Below are positions 55,793-64,000 of a stretch of DNA of 64,000 bases, piece after piece. Source of the stretch: Leidyana gryllorum EB-2025a (lineage: Eukaryota > Protista > Apicomplexa); NCBI GenBank assembly GCA_048772705.1, contig JBLWGC010000169.1:62001-126000 (forward strand), read 5' to 3'. The translations under genes were made by a program, and so were the position numbers. Each line of letters opens with the position of its first letter. The first letter of the stretch is position 1. Under the pieces are notes generated by a model. That model was given only the letters and a program-made list of their open reading frames with translations. It ran no database searches and had not been told where the DNA came from.

Positions 55793-56505
55793 TTGCTTTA
55801 CTTTCTCCATAGAATACATATAGTACAATCAATGTTTGTCTAGCTGTCGTGCCTGTCATTCTCTCTGTCAGTTTCTCGCTCAGCGAACGAAAAAAGCCGC
55901 CGTTGATCACGGCAACTCACAGCGAATCAGCCCTAGACGTGAAGTACCGAGATACTTTCACTCGGCTGCTCCTCGTATCCTCCTCTACGCAAACGTCCGT
56001 TGTACCCCCATCTTCGCTGCCCAAATCCAAATGGGGACTTGCGAAACAGCGGGCAACAGAAATCACCCGAGCCCGAGATGGTGGAAGTCGCGGTGCGTGA
56101 TGCCGGCTTCCGCTCATTCGGAGCCCAGTAGCCGTATTCACCCTGACGGCGCAGGTGCGAAGCAGCGTAAACAGCTCTTAATCCGATTGTACGCGACATT
56201 GTAGTGTGTTACTCTTAGTAGTGACGAAGAAAATGAATGTACAGATGTTCAATCGAGCGGAGAAAACCGACGATAAAAAGGCGGTCCGCGATTTGATCTA
56301 TGCTTCGATAGCTCTTCGGGAGCGTTAAGAATGTCAATGAGAGATTTTCAGCGTGAAAGTAGCGAATAAGAGTATTATTAGTCGTGGTGGTGGTTAGTGA
56401 ATGAATCAATATGCACAGAAGCGGATAATGACAATGTTGCCGTCTCCGTCTCCGCCGTCTCCCTGTTTACTTACGGTGTGCTCGGCCGCTAAACACCAAA
56501 GTGAA

Positions 56506-58233
56506 TCAATCATCATAAACCCCTGCGTCCTCTCCGCGATCGACGAGAGCTGCCGCCCCGCTACTGGCGACACCTCCCCCAGGGGCACCCCCGCCACCGG
56601 TGCCTCCCGTGGTGCCGCGAAGCAACGCTTGGATTTCTCTGGCGGCTTCGATTTTGCCCGTTTTGAAGAGATAATCCATTTCGTTGCGGAGCTCTTTCTG
56701 TCTACGCATCGCCTGGACGACTTCAGAGTCCTCTTTCAATTTCCGATACGCCTCGTCCAGCACCTTTGCCTTCTCCTCGTGTCTCGCTGCTCGCATCTCC
56801 CGTCGACGCAGCTCCTCGTCGTCGAACAATTCCACAGCAGCAGCGCGAGACGGGGCCGTTCCGGCGGCACCCGCGTTGCGCATTCGTTCTTCCCACGCTG
56901 TCAGATCGTAGTATTTCTTGGAAGGAAAGGTGGCTGTGTTGTAATCCTCCATGAAGATCGACCATAGCTGCTTCTCTTCAGACGACGTAAGACTCTCGTA
57001 GTTCACACCCTTCACTTCCAACGCCCACGCCTGGAATTCGGCTTTCCGGGTGAACCGATCAGTCTCTCCAATGAGTCCATATTTTCCATATCGATCGCCC
57101 ACCGGCCCCTTCGCGGCTTCGATCCCGCTTGCATCCGAGTCGACCACATACGTTTTTTCCTTCACTTTGCGGCTTTTACGTCGACGTCGGCGACGCCCTC
57201 CGCAGTCCGAACAGTCACAATCGGCGGCTTTTATTCTCTCCTCACACTCAGAACAGCTGCAATACTCCCAATCGGACTCTTGCTCAGACCGTCGTCTCCT
57301 TCGTCGTCTTCGAGAGTCTGAAGGAGACCTGCGACGTCTCTTCGGCGACCGCGACGAGTCATCACGATGTCTTCTCGACCTCCGTTTCCGACGAGTCGGC
57401 GACCGCGATGTCTCATCCCGCTCAACCCGAGACCCTCTTCCGGTTCCATGTTTCTTGCCCACCGGCGACGACCCATCTTTGACTTGCTGCTGACGCTCCA
57501 AACTCGGTCTCGCCGACCGCGGCTCGTGGCCACCCGGCGACGCGTTCCGGGAACGTTTGCCGTCTCCCGGCCTCACCCTCTCGCGATGGCGACGCCTCTC
57601 CCTCAGCGAGGCCTCTCGTAAGCGTCGTTCTTCCGGAGACGAGTCTCTGCGACGAGGCGACCGCCCACGGCGAGAGTCAGTATCAGAGACGTCAGCTCGA
57701 ACGGGGAGAAAAGTGGAGTTTTGCTGCCGTCTCTTCTGTGACACCACTTCCCTCACCTTCTCGTCATCACTCGACATTCTCGACAATCGTTCCCGACAAT
57801 TTGAGTGTGAGTGTGAGTGTGAGTGTGAGTGTCTCTCCCGACGGCCGGCCGAATATCGTCGATATCTCTCATCGTCAGTTGGGGAGCGACTGCCACGCCG
57901 CCTTTCGTGCGGTGATGAAGGCTCGCGTCGAGCACTGTCTGCACGCGAAAGTCGACTGCGCCGTCCGGGTGGCGTCGCACTTCGCAGCCGCCGATCACGC
58001 GGGGGCGAGCTGTCACTCTCCCCCCGTCTCGGGCTGTACCGTCTGTGGTCTATTACCGGAGGATAGCGAGACGTTGTTTGGCGTCTCGCACCATCGCGGG
58101 GAGAATCTGAACGTCGTCGGGGATCTGTGTCACGATATCGGGTACGAGTCTCAAGTTGCGACTTATCAAAGCGTTCCCTCCTGTCGTCATCCCGGGAGGA
58201 TGCAGAGGAAGAATCACGCCGTCTACGCATCAT
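56506..58233 (-). CDS. RS/RD-rich nuclear protein with conserved C-terminal domain
   Basis: Arg/Ser repeats, then YGKYGLIGETD…EFQAW…FMEDYNTATFPSKKYYDL, a conserved uncharacterised eukaryotic domain. Confidence 0.8.
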   Translation of the reverse strand: MMRRRRDSSSASSRDDDRRERFDKSQLETRTRYRDTDPRRRSDSPRDGARRQTTSRYPPVIDHRRYSPRRGESDSSPPRDRRLRSATPPGRRSRLSRADSARREPSSPHERRRGSRSPTDDERYRRYSAGRRERHSHSHSHSHSNCRERLSRMSSDDEKVREVVSQKRRQQNSTFLPVRADVSDTDSRRGRSPRRRDSSPEERRLREASLRERRRHRERVRPGDGKRSRNASPGGHEPRSARPSLERQQQVKDGSSPVGKKHGTGRGSRVERDETSRSPTRRKRRSRRHRDDSSRSPKRRRRSPSDSRRRRRRRRSEQESDWEYCSCSECEERIKAADCDCSDCGGRRRRRRKSRKVKEKTYVVDSDASGIEAAKGPVGDRYGKYGLIGETDRFTRKAEFQAWALEVKGVNYESLTSSEEKQLWSIFMEDYNTATFPSKKYYDLTAWEERMRNAGAAGTAPSRAAAVELFDDEELRRREMRAARHEEKAKVLDEAYRKLKEDSEVVQAMRRQKELRNEMDYLFKTGKIEAAREIQALLRGTTGGTGGGGAPGGGVASSGAAALVDRGEDAGVYDD

Positions 58234-58273
58234 CGGTGGGGTAGACTTGCATATATATGGAAATTTTTTGGCA

Positions 58274-61200
58274 CTACTTGGACGCCTGACGCGAATAGCA
58301 GAGAATGTAGGCCTCAGAATTGTGTCGAATCAGCGCTGCTCGAATATCTGAGATCGTTGCGATGTTGTCATCATCACACTTCCGCCACAACTCGGAACTA
58401 TCCCGTGAAGCCCCACTGACTTCACCACTCTCGTCGGGATACCGCACATACGCTTGATAGTGACCCCCTCCAAGATTCCCTGAATGAACAATCATTCCGC
58501 GTAGAATCCAGCGACCTCCTGCCTCGCATACTAAGTCTAAATCCATCTCCTCTTCCAACGCAACAGCTCTGCAAAGTGACAGTGATATATTATGTTTGGT
58601 GAAATCGTGGTGGACACAGACACACACCGAGACGGAGACGGAGACGGCGACACAGACACAGACACACACACAGAGACAGAGACACGATGCATACACACAC
58701 ACACGGGCACGGGGTACTTACTGTGTATTCTTCTGTTGGGGAGCGAGCATATGAAATCGTGCGAGTTGTATGATGAGAACGTCTCCGAGATTGTAGATTC
58801 GTTGTTCCTTTGCTGATGTGTCCTGAACATGGCATTTTGGGCATTTCCAGGCATTAGATCGTCGCATGATCTCAGGCTGTTGCGACCAGTAGATCAGAGA
58901 TTGTAACGATACGCTTTCGGCGACACGAGGCGGTGTGAGAAACTGCGTCAGAGCTTTTCCGTCGAGATTGCTGCGGGAGAGGTGGATGAGTCTATTATGG
59001 CTGAAGGCAAACAACTCTATCTTACCTGGGGTCAAAGACGGCCAATTCGTAGTCGGTTTGATAAATATTCAGCGGGAGCCGCGCGCCGCGCTCGCTGTCG
59101 CCTCCTCCGATTTCCACCACGACGGATGGATAGGCGAATGCCGTGGCTTTGGTGCGTCTCAGTGTTTCGACCTGAAATCCATTGCAATAATCCTCCAGCT
59201 GATGGGAGACGGGGTCTGTCTCCAGATCCTCACTGCTCTCCGGAGCAGCTCGGCCGTAATTGTACCCGAACGATTCGAAGACCATTGAGTCAGTGGGCAG
59301 CCATCTGACAGCACTTTTGCCGCCTTTCCGTCGTTTTCTCACACCCGTCGAAGATGGTATCTTGAACGAAAGAAACGAAAGCTGGTCAGCCGCTTCATCG
59401 GTGTTCACCGATCGCGTCTGATCGTCTTCCGCCATATACGCCCGTTTGTGACGCCATTCTGTCCAATAACTCTCTTCCAAGAAGCAGTTTACTGTTCGGT
59501 GGTGAGTTAACATGGACGCCGTTGAGGTGGAACTCAGTGAAGTACTGCCGTCTCCGTCTCCGTCTTCATCGCTGGCGTCTCCGTCTCCGTTGTCGCCTCT
59601 GGGTGACGTGAATGTGGTGGTGGTGTCCGAGCAGTCTTGATCGAAGGAGGCGAATGATTGTCGTGGAGAAGAGGTGCTGTCGAGTGACTGCACGCGCTCT
59701 CTGATGATGGCTGAGAAGAGAATTTCTTCCATCTGTATGGACCTCTGGAAGTCTGGAGACCCCATCTGGTGCATCCGTTGGACCATTTCGGGTGTGACGA
59801 AGGAGGAGGATTTGTTCTGTTTGACGCGTAAAACTTCAGCTCCGACACTGATAAGGGGTTGGCCTCCTCCTGAAGGCACATTTACCAAATTACTGATGGC
59901 AGCTTGTATCTGTCGCTCAGTGGCCACTCTTGGGACCAACATTAGGTATGGCAAACGACACTTCTTTGTCCAGTGCGGCATGCGGAGTCCTCTGTCCCAA
60001 ATGAATCGCTCTCTGTCGTCTCCCCGGAACTCAACTTGAGAAGTTTCTGAGCGCTCCGCCAATTCGGATCGGTCTCCACAGATGTTCAAGTTGACCACAG
60101 CGGCTATGGCCGGTACCCGGACAGTCTCATGGCCCTCTGGTACCGGGGTGTGCGTCCATTCATTTGTGTCCGGAAGGTAAAGGGGGGGCAAAATCTTCCA
60201 GTCTCCTGTGCCGTCTGACGGTCTGACCATCACTTCTTGGTAGACGCGAGGTACTGCGCTTTGGTATACCAGGACGCATCGGGAATTTGCGAGCTCAAAG
60301 TTCCACCGAACGGCAGTCCGTTTGTCAATGTCTTCAATCCATTCTGCCAATTCGTTGTTGTTCGCTATGGACAACGGGGTGGCGGTGTCGTCTGTGGCGT
60401 CGCCTCCACCACACGAGATCTCGACATCGCGATCACCGATCATATCAGTGCGCATGGTGCTCACTGCTCGCAGTAGCGCTGCATCGTGCTCGGGGGAGGT
60501 GTGCACTCTCATGGTCATGTCCGCTTCGGTCGGTCCACCTCCATTGGCAATGAAAAGATTTGCGGCGTCAACGTGAAGGACATCGCTCAATCTTTTATAC
60601 AGCTGGACAGCTTCTATGTCGGAGGCGACGGAGAGCCAGAAGCAGAGTGGTGCCGAGCCGGCTGGCAGCGGGAAGTACATTACCCGAATGGGTTTGAGCT
60701 TGCGGAAGGGTACATCAGGCATTGTGACAGACAATGTGTAGAAAGTCTCGAACCAATCTCTCTTCCAGTCGCACTCGAGACAATGCAGAGTATTACAAAA
60801 CACTCCACAGAGTCCATCGGTCAACTCGGAATCTTCAACGCGCCGATGTGCATCCCACCACCGATCAAAGGCTGCAGAGAGTGTCTCGTTTTCCTCTCTA
60901 TCACTCTTTGCCGGAGACGGTTTGATTGCGGGGCGGTTGGATCCCTCGTTGTTGGCCCATTTGACGGCCTCATTCACATTGTCAAGGAGCCATGACATGA
61001 ACTCTTGGGCATCTTGTTGTACATAGCTGCCGTAGTCTTCACTCAGACCCGCGACAGTTTGACGGAATCGGGAGAATACCGTCTCCTCCTCCTTCAACAG
61101 AAAGTGCTCTTGCAGAAATGTCACCAGAGACGCCGCAATCTGTCCCGATCGCGACGTCCACCGTGACATGGCCGCTCCTTTGACACTCAAACACAATCGC

Positions 61201-63153
61201 ATTATCGGTGGCAAAGCGGCCAAAACTTGCAGCGCCGACGCCATATAACAGGTGTTACCCTAAAGGAGAAAAGAAGTGATTTGGGGGAGAGAATGAGACT
61301 GCGGAGACATTCCATTCCATTGGACACACTCACACACTCGAACACTCGCACACTCGAACACTCACACACTTGAACACTCGCACACTCGAACACTCGCACA
61401 CATTTTGTTGACTTACCAAGTTGGGTACCCCGAATAGGGGGAAGCGAATGCGTCTGTTGTGGAGTCTGATACACCACTGTGCGTGAATTTCTTTGTCGAG
61501 GATTTGGCACGTTGTGGTACAGTAGCGGGCGACTCGGCATCGTGAGCAGAAGCGTGCGTCTGGGGCGCTGCAGATCCAGCAGCGGAAGCTGTATGGGCTG
61601 TACTCTTTGCGGGCGAGGGAGAGAGGGGGAGCGTTCTTGATGGATTTGAAAACACTGTCGGGGCTGACGAGGCAGTCCTGATAGGGTTTGGGCTCGGGGG
61701 GTGGGGGTGCCTTGTTGAAGTAGCGGGCCGGGTATCCCCAGAGGTTGCTGAGGCCAAACTTGCCGGCGTCTCCGTTCCCGAAGAATCCGCCCCCGTCGTC
61801 GTTCGGTTGCGTTGGAGGCGGCGGGGGAGTGATTCCTCGCGACGGAGGGGGAGACGGGGAGAGGATGTCTCCCGCCTGGGGACTAACGTAGTCGGAGAGG
61901 AGTATGCGGCCATCGTGGGTGGGACGGCCTCCCGAGTGGGAGCTGAGGGCGTCGTCTTCGTCGCCGTACTGACTGTCTTGTCCGCTTCCCCGTCGCTGTG
62001 ACCAACTTGCAGCCGATCTCTCTTCCAAGGGATCTTCCCACGCCGGATCACTCTTACGTCTCCGGAGGTCCTCGAATTGCTGGTGATAGCTGAAAGGAGT
62101 GGCTGGGGTCGACGACGAAGTGGGCGGAGGAGGCGGATAGCACCTCGCCGGGGGCGGCGGCGGCAGAGACAACCGTTCCGGTGTGACGGTCTCCCAATAA
62201 GTGGCTTCCCGCTCAGCGCTGTTCATCGACGCAGATCGAGTCGGCAGCAGAGACGACGGCTCGTCGGGCGGCCACTGCTCCTCCTCCACGGCCACTCGAG
62301 CCAAACTTTCTTCTTCGCCCTCCCTTATGAGGGGTTCCGCTGCAGCCGGTCCGGGCGGCGGCGATGTGACTTGTTGGACATCGGCTCCGGCGGGTGCCGC
62401 AGCGTCATTATTCTGGGCGGAGAGGATCATCGAAAGGACGCCGAGCGGAGTCGGGGGGGCGGTGGCTAAAGGTGAGTTACCATAAGTGCCGTCTCCGGTA
62501 TTTGGCGACGGGGGCGGAGAGGAGTCTTTCTCAGCCGTCTGTTGTTGTTGACTTAATTTAATCATTGAATGTGGACCGCCGGGCGAAAGGAGGCTCGGAG
62601 GAGGCGTTCCAAATTCAGCCGTCTCCTGGCCGTCTCGGTCGAGGAAGGAGTCCGAGCGCTTTCTCTTGGCAGAGATAGGCTTGGCGTCTTTCGACAGCGG
62701 CGTCTCCGTCTCGTCGTCGGGCGAGCTGCCGATGCTAACGCACATTTCGTCATCGTCAGCCAGCGGCGTTGGGGTCGTCGGCAAACGACCGTTCGTTGAT
62801 AAAGAAGAAGATTCGTTGTCCTCGACGAGCAGCTTTGGCCTCGTTGGAGGAGCCCGCGGGCTCATCAGAGCGTCTCCATCGGCGTTAACTTCATCTATCC
62901 ATACTTCCAGTTGGGGCGATGGGCTGCTGGGAGTCTCCTGCAGGGGCATTTGGATCGCGCCCCACTTTCCCAGTTTAAAAAGTGGGCGACCGCGGTAATT
63001 GCCACTCCGGCATTTACGCCTTTTAATCTTCCCGATTGGCTCCGGAATAGCCGTCAGCCGACGCCATTGAGCTATGCGTCTCTTTTTACGCCTCAGCGAT
63101 AATGCAGCCTCTCTTTGTTGGTGCTTCCATCCACCCGATTCCGTACTGGTCAT
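58274..63153 (-). CDS. Ubiquitin-specific protease with MYND zinc finger, multi-exon
   Basis: MYND CWIC…CSRCRVARYC…CQ…H…C, followed by GVPNL|GNTCY, QQDAQEF, WKCPKC, QLARF, HSGNLGGGHY, CDD and AYILCY. Confidence 0.9.
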
Positions 63154-63326
63154 TGAGAAAAATCAGTTTCAACACACTATTGTACCCCGCCTCCACGAAC
63201 TGACTGAATGACAGACTGCGAGACAGCGCCAGAGGCCAAAGCCGCGACAGACAGACAGACGGAGGAGGGACCTATTCACCACAATAATCATGCACAACCA
63301 GTTGTGCACTCCCACAACTATCAAAA

Positions 63327-63836
63327 CTAGGCGCACACGCCACTAAGTGCCCGTGATAACTCCTTCAGATCCTCCCCGCTCAAATGCTTCATTGCGTCAC
63401 TTTCTCGAGCCATCCGGGACGACAGAAATATCTCCACCGGTGCCCCGCCGTACCGCCTCTCAACCTCTCTCAACTCATCCATACCCCACTCAACCTCATC
63501 TCCTGCCGCCGACAGGCTGAACAAATCACCAGTCGTCCCGAATCCTGCCGCAGCGATCACTCCTGTTGACCGAGCAATCCAAGATATTTGACCTGGAAAC
63601 TTCTCCGTCGAACCAGACGGGCTACGCTGCTCCTTGACTCCTTCACCACCACTGACCGACGACGGATTGCCGGCGTTCTTGTTAGCTCCGTTGCCGCTTT
63701 CACCTCCCTCCGCACCATTTGAACAGGAAGCCGGGCTACCACCCGATGATGCACACGTAGTAGAGTCCTTCGAAACACGCTCCACAAACACGTGCCTTCC
63801 TCCGTGTCTACGTGGAAACAAACCATATGGACCCAT
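63327..63836 (-). CDS. Hypothetical protein (5' end uncertain)
   Basis: Open frame of ~170 codons with a globular-looking C-half. Confidence 0.5.
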   Translation of the reverse strand: MGPYGLFPRRHGGRHVFVERVSKDSTTCASSGGSPASCSNGAEGGESGNGANKNAGNPSSVSGGEGVKEQRSPSGSTEKFPGQISWIARSTGVIAAAGFGTTGDLFSLSAAGDEVEWGMDELREVERRYGGAPVEIFLSSRMARESDAMKHLSGEDLKELSRALSGVCA

Positions 63837-64000
63837 CACTATTAACAAACAACCAAAGAATATACCACGCCAATCAACACAAGTAACAGCCGATCATACA
63901 CTCACAACACGATCCGATCCCAGATCGTTGTGATATCGACAACGTGACCATCTGGCACGCGCCCAAAATTACTGACGCCAAACTGGACCCCATTTGCGAC

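Noticed and set aside
1-64000. Alternative genetic code or non-canonical introns to explain fragmented ORFs
   Set aside because: The breaks I could resolve are ordinary short GT-AG introns, and TAA, TAG and TGA all end recognisable genes. Most remaining listed ORFs are antisense or shadow frames.

Overview
Gene-dense eukaryotic DNA with short GT-AG introns, mostly about 25-60 nt. An alveolin/IMC gene, a plasmepsin-like protease and a secreted EGF protein point to an apicomplexan alveolate. The Ty3/gypsy remnant and the compaction are most consistent with a gregarine (inference). About 33 protein genes can be modelled, including an A1 aspartic protease, RNR R2-like, GrpE, a double-C2 protein, Hsp70-like, an FHA-like protein, UGT, DHHC-PAT, PSMD9, Spc25, TRAPPC4, a UBM export adaptor, two MFS transporters, Misato, two USPs, RFC1 and an alveolin. 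Divergent start codons are as little as 8-21 bp apart, and several convergent genes overlap at their stop codons. An accessory block at about 16.3-30 kb holds a bacterial-type small gene, a pseudo-ATPase Hsp70 and a plant-type UGT. It also holds a four-copy ~1.2-kb tandem array that hides a spliced minus-strand small-gene family, a near-invariant 114-nt structured element and a covarying hairpin. Inserted in the array are a decayed Ty3/gypsy element and a tandem pair of 38/39-aa micropeptide mini-genes with a protein-level conservation signature. The R2-like gene appears catalytically dead but keeps its R1-binding tail. All family assignments are by-eye motif recognition; no searches were run.
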